Origin: Chrysomallon squamiferum | Taxonomy: Eukaryota > Animalia > Mollusca | DNA: 64,000 nucleotides | Assembly: GCA_012295275.1 (NCBI GenBank) | Contig: CM022671.1 | Coordinates: 20,088,001-20,152,000 of the forward strand | Direction: 5' to 3' | Shown: positions 50,068 to 64,000 of the stretch, piece after piece | Layout: the number at the start of each line of letters is the position of its first letter | Numbering within the stretch: position 1 is the stretch's first letter | Translations under genes and position numbers: made by a program | The notes under the pieces: model-generated | Database searches by the model: none | The model's input: the letters and a program-made list of their open reading frames with translations, nothing else | Told to the model about the DNA's origin: nothing

Positions 50068-53000
50068 AATAAATAAAAAAAAAAAATAATTTTTAAAATT
50101 TTAAAAATTTTAAAAATATAAAAAAAAAACATCATTTAAGTAAATATTAGAATATTCTCCACTTCATGTATATCGTTGTTGTAAATATATTTCCTTCTTT
50201 ATTTCTTTAAATGATAATTTTGGTCTGTTGTAGACACTAATTGGCCTTGCTGTCAGGCCATAACATTTTACAACTGAAGCCGTATATTTCTGAAACATTT
50301 TATTACCATTAGATAGGTAATTACACAACAAACTTTCGTATAATAAGCTGTTACGTTCATCAGTGGGCAGGATCTTCTCCGTAAATAAATGTCCACCTTA
50401 AAAGTTACTGGATAATATATAACACATAAAATTTAAGTTTACATACTGAGAAGTTTATACTTTAATGATATCACACGTCTGTAGTTGTGTTAGCATAAAC
50501 TTCAGTGTAAATCTGTATAATGTGTGTGTGTGTTTATCGTTGTACGTATGTGTCTGTATTTGTGTATATATTATATATATTTATAATATGTATATATGTA
50601 TTTTATGCATCTATTTATATATTTATGTATGCATGCATGTGTATGTGAGTGTGTGAGGGTATCTAATGTATGTATGTAAGTGAAATATTTCCTTGAATGA
50701 GTGTTATTACTTTGAAAATAATAAACCACACAATTTTACAGTTTTCTTTTCACATTTTTTTTTTTTTTTTTTTTTTTTTTTGAGATGTGAATACGCATAT
50801 GTTTTTAAAATAAAGACAACAACGGTAAAATAAATAAACCTTTTCGCATGTCTATTCAATTCTTATTTAAAATTTATTATATCTTTAAGACAACACTAAC
50901 ATGCTCAATGAACCGAAAGGCGAATCGCTAAATTGAGAAAACAGCGAAAACAGGAAACAGATTCAGCAACAAATCAGGTTTAATGGTAGTAAAAGTGAAA
51001 AAGAAAATGACAGGACATGGTAAAGAACTTTCAGTTGAGAAAGTTTAAAGAATAAGGATAGACTAGTGTATTTTTCAGTATTGCAATGACGAGGAAAGGA
51101 TTATGCTCAAAACGGTTTCAATATTTTACACAGAAAAGTTAAGATTTATATACATAAATTGAATATATCGGTATCTGAATTTCTGTTTTATTTTAAAGTA
51201 GTGTGGCTTTTGAAATTAGTTTCGTGTATAAAAAATCATTATTAATAATATACATCTAGCTCTTTTCGGGATCTGCATATTTGTAGATATTAATACCGTG
51301 GAGAGTTGTGTAACTGTGTAACTGAGAATAACAAAACTTTCTGAGGATTAACAGACGTCACTCTACGAAAAACAAATCATATGTCTTCTTATGAAAACAA
51401 ATTTTATTGCCAACATCAGTTGCAAGACAGATGGTCTTAGACGCTGTGGGTGTCATAAAAATCGTAAAAGACAATGGTATCACATGTAGGCTGGAACGAC
51501 AATTGTTTGACGTCTTGAAACAAAATAATATATACATTTCAAAAGAAAAACATTTCTAAAAAAAATTAATTTATGCATCAGTTCATGCATTTATCAATCT
51601 CCGGGCAGTGTTATGGTCTAAAAGTGTTTGTCATCTCTTGAAAAACGATAACCATTTAGGTCATGTGACACCATTAAAGAAAACAAAATAGTTTAAAACG
51701 TCTGACTCGATACATTTTGTCGGATTTATGGAGACATTTTTGTTCTTTAACCGATTTTTTCCAGATGTGTTCTTGGGTTCAACACTTCTGTTAATTCCAC
51801 TTAGGATACAATTGTTCTCAAGACTTATGTAACGGAAACAGAAAATATCTCCCCCTCGCCATATCAGAGCCACAAAGGTCTACCAGAAAAATGAAAAACA
51901 GAATTAAGACTGAGTCACGCCAAACCTTTCTCCCAGCATCATACTTGTAAATCTAGGTACGTGCGATATTCCTCAATAGCCACTTTGATCGTGAACTTCC
52001 AACTTTGAACAACATGCCTACCATAGTGTTTAAATATTAGCCATTTGGGATATCTTTTCATGGCACATGAAAGTTCTTAATAAACTTAGGGGTTACTTTG
52101 TGACTAGTGCTAGTAAATTCTTAGGTAACAGTCCGAGCAAAGTACTACTGCAAATTATTATGAATAAAAATGATATATCTATAAAAGGTAACTTTTCCTT
52201 GATTTGTAAGAATTTTCCACCATCCCCAAATTCCATCAGTAGCCTCTGATTATGAATATATAGTGATATTCGACTGGAACTTTAAATGGTTGTAGTATTT
52301 ACTGCCATCTCCCGTTCTTTAACAGTAAATAAACGTTTGTAGTTTATATTACCTGACTATAAGGGAGCAGACCCTTCGTTAATTGTGTCTAAGATGTTTA
52401 CGAAGATGCGGAGTAAAATAGTGCTAGACCAGGCACGTAGACAGTAAGCAGCCTGCTTAAACTACGTGCAGGGAGCTGATCGCACTGAAGAACCCGTGAC
52501 TCCCACAGAATTCTCAGACGAGCATTGCAAAAGATAACGCTACTTTGTAAATTAGAAATTAACCTGTCTCCAAAATTAGTTACTATTCTTTTAAGTTTGA
52601 TTTATAAACGGATTTTATAAAATTAAAAATGCACACACACAACAAGAATATACGTTTATGTCTATGTCAGTGCCAGATTTGGTCATAAAAATTAATGCAC
52701 GCAAATATAATGAAAATTGTATGATTAAAGAGCGATATGAATGTCTGGTGCATGTTAGCGTCATCAGTCAGCGAATGATGTTAATAGGAAGGAAAGTATT
52801 CTTTAAATATATGACACTAATTTTGATTGAAAAAATTATATATATATATATATATGTATATCTTGCAATATTTTCGAATGTCATCAGTGGCAAAAAAGAT
52901 CTAAAATGCAATATCATTTTGGAACATAAAAATAAAGCCATGCAAAAATTTCGAAGACCTGGAGCGATATTCTTTCTATAGTGATTAAGATTGTATGTTC

Positions 53001-53291
53001 TCTTTTCTTTTCTTTTCTGTACTTAACGAATTATTTTTAACTATAAGTTATGAGTTTCTAAATTTGCCAAATCTTCTTTCTGTGTGTCATCACTTACTAG
53101 GTGAATCATTGTTGCTGCATTTAAGGAAGACAAAATTATTAGAAAGAATAATTATTTGAAAGAAAATAATTTGAAGTATTTTGTGACGAATAATTGCAAA
53201 ACAAACAAATAATTAATTATCTCTATGTATCTAACTTTCCATCTATTTCTATTTCCTCTCTTTCGTTCATTAAATGGGGGCTCGATTATAA

Positions 53292-53353
<62 letters not shown>

Positions 53354-56300
53354 CCTCTCTCTCTCTCTCTCTTTCTCACTAGATTAAATACATACATAAG
53401 CTATCTGGAGACTTACTCCAAGTTGTTTCAGGTTAAATGCACTGAGAGATATGGAATGGAATGTAACACATGGAAAAATTACTTTTTCATAATGCTACAT
53501 GGAGACTGACTTCCTCTCGTTTAGTCATAATTTTCCAGTTATAATCTTTTGTTTATATCAAAATACCATACTGTTTTATACCAAGGCAGATCAGATAGAC
53601 AAAATACGTCATAAACCACAGAATTTGTTATGAAATCGACACATAATCACGTGATTTTCCACCACGTTCAGACTGTTTATTCTTGTTTGTAGCATTAAAG
53701 GGATTTGCTCGTGATAATTTTGGCACCAGATTTTTTCATTATGTTGGTAATATATATATGTATAATAACATATAAAAACAAACTGAAATTGAGATAAGTA
53801 ATATAATAATACGATTATTCCATAAACACATAAATAAAAATATGTAAATCTTGATAACAAAGTTTATTAATATAAACTGATGCGAAATTTAAAGAAAAAA
53901 CAAACAAACTCGAACTGTAATAATATTAACTATATTACCAGGAAAATCGTCTGATTTATTTACTACTTATAATATTATATTTTTAAAGGAAAACAATCTT
54001 TAACGGGATAATTTTTATCTATAATTTTAACAGACAAAATATCTTCAAAAGACATCTGTATTTTCTTATCAATATAAAATGCACACATAAAAAATGGGAC
54101 AGATGGGAAATCGCAGAAAAGAAAGTTTTAATATGTCTTCATTGATGCGAATTTTAGCCTGCTTCTTCATAAAGATGAAAGCCATTTGCCCATAATTACA
54201 TAATGCCATTAACTTGTAAGTCAGTAGAATAATATTTTTAAAGACAAATTAAAAGCGCTCCTTCTGTTGGGAAATTAATGTATCTTTTCTGCCTTCTTTT
54301 ACTATGTGTGTTTAACTATTAATTAACTTTGAATTAACTTTTAAAAAATGCTACAGCATGAATAATAATAATAATAACCACTACTATAACCACGACAAGC
54401 ACAACAACAGAATGTGCTGATTAGAGATGAGGCAACGGATAATCATTTTGTTAAAAGCTCTTTCAGACTGATTTATTTTACATATTTTGTTGTATATAAT
54501 TAATCATTCAGAAAACGCACTGAAATGACGATATCAAAATGCAGCAGGCAGAGAAAAAGCGTGAAAGATCTAAATCAATAAAACTGTTTTGAAAAAAAAA
54601 GATAGTTGTTCTTATTTTCCTGAAAATTAACACTTGGCGCTTTTCAGGAATGTGTATCTACATCATTTAGTTATCTCTTCTAGTCGATTAAACACTGTAC
54701 AAAAAACAAACTGCGTTCCTACCATTAACATCCAGTTTAGGTGTATTTACATTTATAATTAAAAATATCATAAACATTTTTAATACAATATAAATAATGA
54801 CAAGATTTGAGCTATTTGGAGATAAATATAATAAATAAGAAAGATGTGGTGGCGATTAACGCTGCTGTTGCCACATGAAGACATGTTTATGAAAGCTAGT
54901 GTGCAAACAAGAGAAGCAACTTGTCTGGCAGGTGCGTAGGAAACGAAATTGAAATGCCCACGATAACACATCAAACGAGAGACCGACGTCTGATTCATAG
55001 TTTTAGCTATGTGTGATGATCGTCTCAATCGTCGAAATTATTTGTTTTTCATTCTCGTTTATTTTTCGTTTCAAATGCATCAAAGAAACCTTTAAAAGGT
55101 ATTTCTGAATAAGTAATGTATAATTATAAATCTGCTGCTACAAAATATCGAGATCGTGTACACCAGACAGCGGCTAAGTCGTTTGATCCTGAGACAAATC
55201 ATACATCATCAGAACACAGCTCTAAAACTGGCCTACAGTACAAATTAATACTGGAATCAAAACACTGAATATTTATTTTTCAGCACATAGCTATAGTCTT
55301 TCGATGTTGCTGTGTAGATGTCGAAGAGTCTAGGAAACGTTGTTTATGAATATATATATATATATATAGCAGACATGAAGCGGTTGTTAATGACTGCTGT
55401 TGTCGCGATTGTTTGTTGTCTGGGATCCTTTTGATCTCTGTACTTCTAAACAACCACATAAAAAAGTCTTTATTCCAAACTAATTTTCGTCTTACAGATT
55501 TGTGATGAGAAATTATTGCTAGTATAATTTTTATTGTTATTGTTACTTTTCCTGTATTGCTTATGTTTTATATCTATAATAATAATAATAATAATAATAA
55601 AAATAAATATATATATATATATTTTATTTAATTTTTTTCTTTTTTTTTTTCTTTTTAATTTTTTTTTAATTATAATTATTATTTTTTAAATTTATTTATT
55701 TCAAAGAATATTTCGCTTCTCAATATGCAGTGTAATTTCAACCGTAATTTCAACAAAATAAATTTTTATTAAGTGCGATTTATTAACTTTAACGGTAATT
55801 TCAAATACAATGAATCTGACCATGTGAAGTAGCCAACAAAGATGAAAACACCAGCACAGCCCCTGTTCATTACATTAGTTTTACTAGTAACGCTAGGCCG
55901 CATATATCAAGGCGAGAACATATTTTTGTTTATTTGTCTCTTCCCTAGCAGAAGATCAAGATGAATGCTACACGAGGATCTAAAACCCCACAACCCTCTG
56001 TGTAAACAAAAAATATCGTAAATGTGTGGGTCGCGTTGCCGCAATGTGTGATGTTTTTTGTTTTTCTAACTTCTTTTCCAGCACGAATACTTTGTTGAAC
56101 AAGTTGTGAAATATGTATTTAACAGAGTGCACGAGACTGTGCTAATACTACGTTAAGTCTAATCGTTAAAATTTGTTACTGAATTAATGTGTAAGTGCTG
56201 CTCTGTTCGTAGTTAAAATTTGTTACTAAGATAATGTAGTATTAAATTCATTACTGAGTTAAATGATCGCTTGACCTAATTTCAATATGACGTATACACA

Positions 56301-58312
56301 CATACATTCGTACATACATGCATACATATAAACATACATACATACATACATACATCTGTATGTACGTGAATATATGAAACGCATATATGTACACTCTAGG
56401 AAAAACATACACGCACGTCTACAACATACAAGTATATATGCATGCATAAAAGCACAAGCAAAGAAACGCACACGTGCATTCTCAAGGAAACAAATGTTTA
56501 TATACACAAACAAGTGAAAAACTAACAAACACAAACAAAAATACAAACAAATACAGAAAATGACTAACAAACACGTACACAAAAAAATAAACACAACTAT
56601 ACACAAACTCATAGAGACAAGCGAATACAGATAAACACACATTTATCCACATGTATACTGAAACAGACATACACATACACACACTCACACGCGCGCGTGC
56701 ACGTAGACATAATCAATATCTAGCACACAGAGAAAAACAAACGTACATAAAACAATGTAAAACCAGAGAAACAAATGCACAAACACATAACATGCACTCG
56801 TATACCCAAAGAAACAAATATGTACAGACGTTAGAAACAAACGTACATATATATATAGGTATACATGCACAGACGTTCATACACACACTCGTACATATAC
56901 AATCAAATACATATACGGACATACACATACATACATACAAACACATAGGTATACACATACACCAAAAGTACATATACACACACACATCCTAACATGTATA
57001 AATTTATATATACGGGCACATACGTTTACACACACACACACACACACACATAAACAAGTTCAGAGTCGCGCTTACAGACGTATGTGCATCCCGTCATACA
57101 CGTATAGATACAAAATATAAATACACTTACACACATACACATACAAACACACATAAAAACACGTACACAACTATCAAGGCCCTTTTAATCCGTGGCCGGA
57201 CTTTTAGGCTTTCGTGTATTTTGGGCTCAGTCCGGATCTGCAGTCTTTTATTCTAGTCAACCCTTAAGAATAATACGGGCTTACACATTATTTCCTAATT
57301 TAAAGAAAATGATTCCCACGTGATCCAATTAACATGTAAAGTGTTCTTTCATAATCCCCTGCGAGTTCTAAAGTTTACTTAGACCTAGTGATAATAATAA
57401 CATTTTCTTTGAAAACTATTCATTTTCAGTTTACAGCTATCGACAAATTACTTTCTAGTTTTCGGGTTTTCTTGCATTTAATTTAGACTTGAATGAGAGA
57501 ATACATAATATCTTCTTATGATGAAGTTTAAACTTGTTCTATTTATAACTTCTTAATGCATCTAGAAATACTAAATAAGTTAGCAAAAGACACTGCGAAT
57601 ATTACGTTGTGTTTATTTAACAAACATCTGGCTGCCAAATATTATTGTAAGTACTATTTATACAGTACTTGATTGAATACCGTTGTCATGCGCAACACGA
57701 AGCACATTGAATCAAGGAAACATACGTTACAATAAACCTCAGAAAAGGATTTGCATTACAGTATCTAACAATGTATTCAATTAGTCGTTACCTTTACCAT
57801 TTATCAGTGTATCTTTTTTCGGATACTAAAAGGATACAGACATCTTCCGTAGCAGCCGATTGTTTCAAGATGCGCGTCATTCAACCCAGCCTGTAATTCG
57901 CAGCATGTGAATCGGAATTGATTAGAGAGGCCCTTTTTTTTTTTTTGATAACTGATGTTATTGTTGTTGTTGTTGTATTTTTGGTAGGGAGGTATATTTA
58001 GTTTGTTTTGTGTGTTTTTTTATGAGTGTGTTTGTTTTGTTTTTTTTTTTTTTTTTTTTTTTGTGGACTTTTTGTTGTTGTATTTGTAGTAATTTGTTTT
58101 CTTTTGTTTTGTGTTTCTTGTGTGGTTTTTCGTTTTTTTTTTTTTTTTTTTATTTTTGTTATTATTGGAGGGTTTTGTGCCGGGGGGGGGGTTGGATTGT
58201 TTTTTATAATGAAATTTGTTTAGTTTTTTAAAGTTATACCCATCACAGCAATACTTATTAAAGGTTGGAACCACTCTTTCTTTTTATTATTATTATTGTT
58301 GTTATTATTATT

Positions 58313-58344
<32 letters not shown>

Positions 58345-58605
58345 TATTATTACATCATTTCATTTTAACAAATTCTTTTGGTATTGAAATAGATATACTT
58401 AATTTTTTTATTTTAAATGGTTTTTAATCCATGTTATGGATATCCGAAATAATTGTTTCATTCATTCATTTTACGTAAGAGGAAGAAAAATAAACTGAGC
58501 TAATTTTATCAAACTTTACTTTTATAGAAATATATATATAATAAATAAAAAATATATAATTTTATATCTTAAAAATATATCTTTCTCTTATTACAGAATT
58601 TCCCC

Positions 58606-58679
<74 letters not shown>

Positions 58680-59621
58680 AATTCTTCTTCTTTTTAATTT
58701 ATTTTTTTATTCATTTATATTATTATTAAATCTTCAGGCTGTTTACTTTTTCTTTCTTATTTCTTCTTTCCGAAACCACCAACCCTCGCGAATAAATCCT
58801 ATGAACCGTTTATCGTGTCGTGGTGCGCAGCAGATGTTACTGGCGCGAGCAGACGATAACTAGGTGTTGTGTGTCTGCTGAACACCAGCCGCCATTATTT
58901 GAAAATCGTCTGCAGTTAAAACAACAGCCGGCAATGAATACCGTTCCGCGGAATACCTAACCCACTGCTCTGTCTGTTTCCAATATGGATTTCATTGTCA
59001 CAACATCCCGTTTATCGTAAGCTGAGGAACGTATTACCTCTTCGCGTTGGATTTCTTGTTTTCTATCTCGTGGTTCAGGTGCAGCGTTACAAAATAAATT
59101 CATTTCTCACTGGGAGAATTATAAGAAAATATTCGGAGTGATGCCTGAAATGCCTACAAACGGAACGGAATGGTTATAACAGTACAAATACATTTATAAA
59201 ACAGCCTTTATTATTTGAATAAGTGAACGCACATAATTATATCAAATGGGGATTTTACTACTGTTTAATTTATTCATACTTTTTTTGGTTGTTATTATTA
59301 TTATTACTTTTATTTTTTTTTTTTTTTTCAAAATTATTATTATTATTATTATTATTATTGTTTGTTTTTGTGGTTTTTTTTTTTTTTGTTATTATTTCAT
59401 GGGCAGAAAGTTAATTTTTGTTGCATCTTACACATCAGAGATATAAAATTCCCGTTAATTATTAGGATAATTGCAATTGTTTTCTCTTCCTAAATGTCAC
59501 TTTAAAAGCATTTTAGACACTAGCTTTATAATCTATCTTGGGAACGTAATTTTGTCACTATCATAATCAAAGATTCTCCAGTATGGAAACTCTCAATAAA
59601 TGAATGAATCAACTGATAGTT

Positions 59622-59716
<95 letters not shown>

Positions 59717-61315
59717 ATGTTTGTATGTAAATATGTACAATGTATGAATCGGTTGGATAAATTTACAGAGGAATGTGTTAAACTGAGAATTTCTAGACAC
59801 ACACACACACACACACACAACCTACATATATATGTGTATACATATTGTCAGAGATATACATATCTATTAAAGTACCACACACACACACACACACACATAG
59901 TGGCAAAGTTATAAGAATCGCGGGTATACAAACATTCATAGAACGACTCGAAAGTTTATTTGTTAAAACGAAATTAAGCTCTTCCACGTTGGTTTCCGAG
60001 AGCATCACCTCGTTTTGTTTTGAATGCTAAGACTTCGTCGCGCGGGCTAAGAAAATATTTTCTTTTCTTTCGCAGCTTGTATTACTCACGCATCTGATTT
60101 ATTTTTCAACTCTTCGCAAGTCATCGACAAGAGCTGCACACTTGTCAAGAAGCGCTCACGTTTAGCTTTATTGTGTATGCTGCTATTAGATCTACCGGCC
60201 GTTAAACCTTTCGGCACTTTGCGAATAAAATAGACAGCGCTGTGCTCAGTTATGATTTCGATACACTTTGCACTAACTTTATTTATTTTTTTATTCTTTT
60301 ATTTATTAAAAAGAAAATATGTGAAAGTGCTGATAATAATTATTTCAAATATACACCTGTATATTATATTATAAATAAAGACACAATAACCAAGAACAAA
60401 GCTATCTGGTAAAATAAAACACACATACACACACACAAAAATTTACAAACATACAAATTCATTTATTTATTCAAGTATTTATTTCTTCACCGACAGATCC
60501 AGTTTTATTTATTTATTTATTTATTTAATTTAATTTTATTTTATTTATTTTGCTTTTCTCTGTATTCAGTTAAAAAATAAAAAAAATAAAAAAAAATAAG
60601 GAAAAAGAAAAAAATGCAGTCAAAACATAATTACTGAAAACGGGCGGAATTTAAATAATTTCCGAGTTCAAAATCTCCAGGAAGTCGTTTATAATTTTTA
60701 TTTTCAAATAACCTGCTCCTCTATTTTTCTGTTTTTCTCTTGCTTGTTTATTTTGTTTGTATTAATTATAAAAATTCCCGAGAATAAAAAGTAGATTTGC
60801 ACAGCACGTGAAAACAGACACTTGTCCATATGTTACGACTGATGTGAAAACAAATCGTTACCTGTTGGTTTTCAAGAAAAGCAAGTCATTATGTGCTAGC
60901 TTCATCTATATCCCAACCATGCAACATGGTTTTAGCAGCTTCGTACAGGACCGGTCGACAGCGTGCGTAGAAAAACATACGAGTTTAGCATGCCATTTGC
61001 TTTCGCTGTTTTGACAGACTTTCGGCGTCCGCTGCAGATTAGACGTCTGAAGTAGTTACCATAAGTTATATTACTTTTGCAGATAAGTTTTCAAAGAACC
61101 AGCTTGTTTTTCCGATCAACCGTTCTCGAAGATTAACTTGTTGTCATCGGCACCGCGTGAGCGCAGCTTCAAAATGGCGTAGAGGTGTCTTGTGTAGACG
61201 ATGCTCATTAGCATCTTAGAAAAGATATCAAGACGGTGAAAAACGCGTATTTTGAGTAATGTCTGGCAATCCATAAAATAAACTGTTTTGAGATATAAGT
61301 TTTCAAAAAAGTTTT

Positions 61316-61346
<31 letters not shown>

Positions 61347-61607
61347 GCAAGTTTGTGACAGAATGATAAATACAAAAATGACAAGAGTAAAATATTTTAA
61401 AACAAATAAAGCAAGCAAAAACAGCAAATAAAACAATTAAAAATGAAAATACAGAAACAATTTTATTATTATTTTTTTTTTTTTAAATGAAAGGAAAAAA
61501 AAGTAATAAAGCAGATTTAGCTTAAACTTTAAAATCAAAACATCTTGGTGTAAAAAACTCATTTATTTGTAGCGTTTTGCCATATATCGTATTTATGTAT
61601 GTATGTA

Positions 61608-61638
<31 letters not shown>

Positions 61639-61661
61639 ATGTATATATGTATGTATGTATG

Positions 61662-61695
<34 letters not shown>

Positions 61696-61944
61696 TGTAT
61701 GTATGTATGTATGTATGTATGTATGTATGTATGTATGTTTGTATGTACATGTATATATGATTTGTTTCTTTATTTATTTACAACAGTTATTCTACAAGTA
61801 CGTGGTCAGTGCCCACAGGACATAATGCTGCAGGCGTATGGTTGTTTCACGTCGTACAGCGCCGAGTTACAGAACATGTACAGTTCCAGGTATAAACTCT
61901 GCTGTGGTGTGGACGTCGAAGTCCTTAGAGCCTTCTGCAGGTGA

Positions 61945-61988
<44 letters not shown>

Positions 61989-62867
61989 TATTATTATTGT
62001 TGTTTTTGATTAGTTGTTGCTACTGTTCATTGTTGTTATTGTTGTTATTATTGTTATTATTATTATTTATTAAAATTATTATTATTATTATTAACACTGA
62101 ATATTATTAATTAGTGAAAAAATGATTATAAGCCTTGGTTTCGAACTAATTATGTTAATGTTAAAAAAGTATTAAAACAATTAGTTTGAGTCCTTTGATT
62201 CGAATGCAAAATCACTGTTTTCTGTTAGTTTGTTATTGTTATCTATAACAATATTATGGCGCAAAACGTGAAAAAGTGTAAAATGTTTGCATATTAATAT
62301 TTTGTATATTAATGGTCATCACGTGAAAACATTGTTTGTGGATTTAGATTTCCGTTCACAATTCGCTCACACATATGCACACTATTGTGCATCTCTGTGT
62401 GTTTGTGTGTGTGGTAAATTACGTAGAAATAAACTAATTATTAATTACAACTGTTTACATTTAGTTAGTTAGTTAGTTAGTTAGTTATTTAGTTGGCTGT
62501 TTCTGTTATTTTATTTTATTTTATTTTATTTTATTTTATAGTTCTTACATACAAGCCATGGCTTGTATAAGAGATCTGAAGCTGAAGTGTCCTGTAGAGA
62601 AACACGTAGAAATAAACAGGTCAATGATTAACTTGCAAGGAGCAGAAAGAGAGCTAGCAGAACTGTGCTATGATGATAATTTGTATGAAAGTAAGTACAA
62701 TTTTTTTTTTTTTTTTTTTTTTTATCATGTATTATATTTATTTTACTGGCCCAGAAAATGTACGATAGATGGGGTTATTTAGGATCTTTAAAGACTACCA
62801 TTGTTGTTTAGAGTCTTTAAATAATAATAGTAATAATAATGATGATTATGATGATGATAATAATAAC

Positions 62868-62911
<44 letters not shown>

Positions 62912-63624
62912 TTATTTATATTTCCTATTCATTATTTTATTGTTATGAGCGATATGTAGCAGCAGAATAATACTGTTCCAAAACATCTGAACTCTGCCAT
63001 TGTAGCCCTTCACAATTGACGTTATCGCTTTATTCAATGACAAGGCTAAAAGTAACGTTTTAGAAAATCGGTGTATCCTGTACGCGATGACGTAATAATT
63101 ACAGAAAAATGGCTGCGCCTCGTTATTAATAAGTCTGGACAGGAAAGAAACCCAGCCAAAACAACAACAACCAATAAACAAATAAAAAACATAATTTGGA
63201 AACTAGCAAAATATATTTGATTATTTCTTCGTTTAATCTATTATTATTATTTTTAAATAAAACGGCTGTTATTAAATTATATACTTATATATGTATATTT
63301 ATATAGAGAGATATATATTCTTTTGTTGTTATTACAGAATATGCCATTCATCAGACGTGTTTCGCAAACGAGGGTTTTCTAACAGAACACTGTTTTGAGA
63401 GATTTCTCAACAGTACACTACGTATTTTAACCAGAGTCTACTACAATTCCATGTATGAACTGTGCAGGTAATTAACCCTACTATTTTTCCTACAATCACA
63501 ATATTATGTTAACAGAGACCATTTATTAACTACTTTGTCTCCCTTTCTGTTTCAGCCTGAGACTTTTTCTTCCTTTCTTGTTTACTCTTTCATGATTCTC
63601 TCTGTTTTTCACAGCATGTATGTC

Positions 63625-63712
<88 letters not shown>

Positions 63713-63969
63713 GCTCACACATATAAAATTCACCAGTTCGCCATGGAAAATTGTTGTCTTTTATAAAGTTATCAAAACACTGGCACTGTTACTACAGAGC
63801 TTTTCTTTCTTCCAGTAACATGAAAAAAATCATGGACTGTGTAAAACCAAATATCTTGATGAAATGCGGACCAGCAGCAGAAGATTTGGTAGAAAAGCTT
63901 ATCAAACCAATGATACGTCGCAGCAGTGAATGTGACAATGATATCTTTCATGAAATTCCACCCACTCAG
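48459..63969 (+). CDS. Gene B, tandem paralog of gene A, 3'-incomplete. join(48459..48540,61787..61940,62542..62690,63338..63467,63816..63969,>)
   Basis: Joined ORF of 223 aa: MSTLMFRCSPVSLSYTVLRYLSILFVTVILQVRG-QCPQDIMLQAYGCFTSYSAELQNMYSSRYKLCCGVDVEVLRAFCSSYIQAMACIRDLKLKCPVEKHVEINRSMINLQGAERELAELCYDDNLYEKYAIHQTCFANEGFLTEHCFERFLNSTLRILTRVYYNSMYELCSNMKKIMDCVKPNILMKCGPAAEDLVEKLIKPMIRRSSECDNDIFHEIPPTQ. Intron phases are identical to gene A and 14/14 Cys are conserved. Confidence 0.88.
49225..49430. repeat. 59-bp tandem repeat (AAATATTACTTGTTGCTGGCTA..GAGTATT..CGCTGTTGCATCAATGTTAG), about 4 copies
   Basis: Visible tandem recurrence in intron 1 of gene B. Confidence 0.8.
61787..61940 (+). CDS. Gene B exon 2 (154 nt)
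   Basis: caacag acceptor and TGCAG|gtgaat donor. LCCGVDVEVLRAFC is shared with gene A. Confidence 0.95.
62542..62690 (+). CDS. Gene B exon 3 (149 nt)
   Basis: ttttatag acceptor and GAAA|gtaagt donor. One codon longer than the gene A exon. Confidence 0.95.
63338..63467 (+). CDS. Gene B exon 4 (130 nt)
   Basis: attacag acceptor and TGCAG|gtaatt donor. Encodes YAIHQTCFA...ELC. Missed by the ORF track. Confidence 0.95.
63816..63969 (+). CDS. Gene B exon 5 (154 nt)
   Basis: ttttctttcttccag acceptor and CAG|gtaaag phase-0 donor. Encodes NMKKIMDCVKPNILMKCG...ECD. Confidence 0.93.
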
Positions 63970-64000
63970 GTAAAGTCTGTTTTTATAACGAGTTCACATA

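Noticed and set aside
55375-55434. Signal-peptide-like mini-ORF MKRLLMTAVVAIVCCLGSF* as first exon of gene B
   Set aside because: Only weak phase-1 donors (gttgtc, gtctgg) are available. Exon 48459-48540 has a much better donor. It remains a remote alternative first exon.
61015-61029. BMP/Schnurri silencer element (CAGAC-N5-GNCGYC)
   Set aside because: The spacer is 4 nt rather than the required 5.
63541-63600. Alternative acceptor in gene B intron 4 giving a short hydrophobic tail (SLRLFLPFLFTLS*)
   Set aside because: It would truncate module 2 mid-fold. The hydrophobicity just reflects pyrimidine-rich intron sequence, and there is no counterpart in gene A.

Overview
This is AT-rich, microsatellite-dense animal genomic DNA. 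It looks molluscan, probably cephalopod-like, but that is an inference from composition and repeat types. Nearly every ORF in the supplied track is a simple-repeat artefact. Reading splice sites by hand gives two tandem, same-strand (+) paralogous spliced genes. Gene A is complete, with 6 coding exons (34/58-133, 24780-24933, 29385-29530, 31918-32047, 34171-34312, 35425-35574; about 265-273 aa). It encodes a signal peptide, two 6-Cys helical modules (plus an extra CC in module 1), a Ser/Thr linker and a GPI-anchor signal. Gene B (48459-48540, 61787-61940, 62542-62690, 63338-63467, 63816-63969; last exon beyond the window) has identical intron phases, all 14 Cys, and about 52% identity to A by hand alignment. 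Cys spacing, motifs, signal peptide, GPI site and intron positions resemble vertebrate neuritin/CPG15 (NRN1), suggesting an undescribed tandem family of double-domain neuritin-like surface proteins in an invertebrate. That comparison rests on a recalled NRN1 sequence and needs a profile or structure search. The introns hold minisatellites, decayed Tigger/mariner/SINE remnants and CpG-richer candidate regulatory islands.
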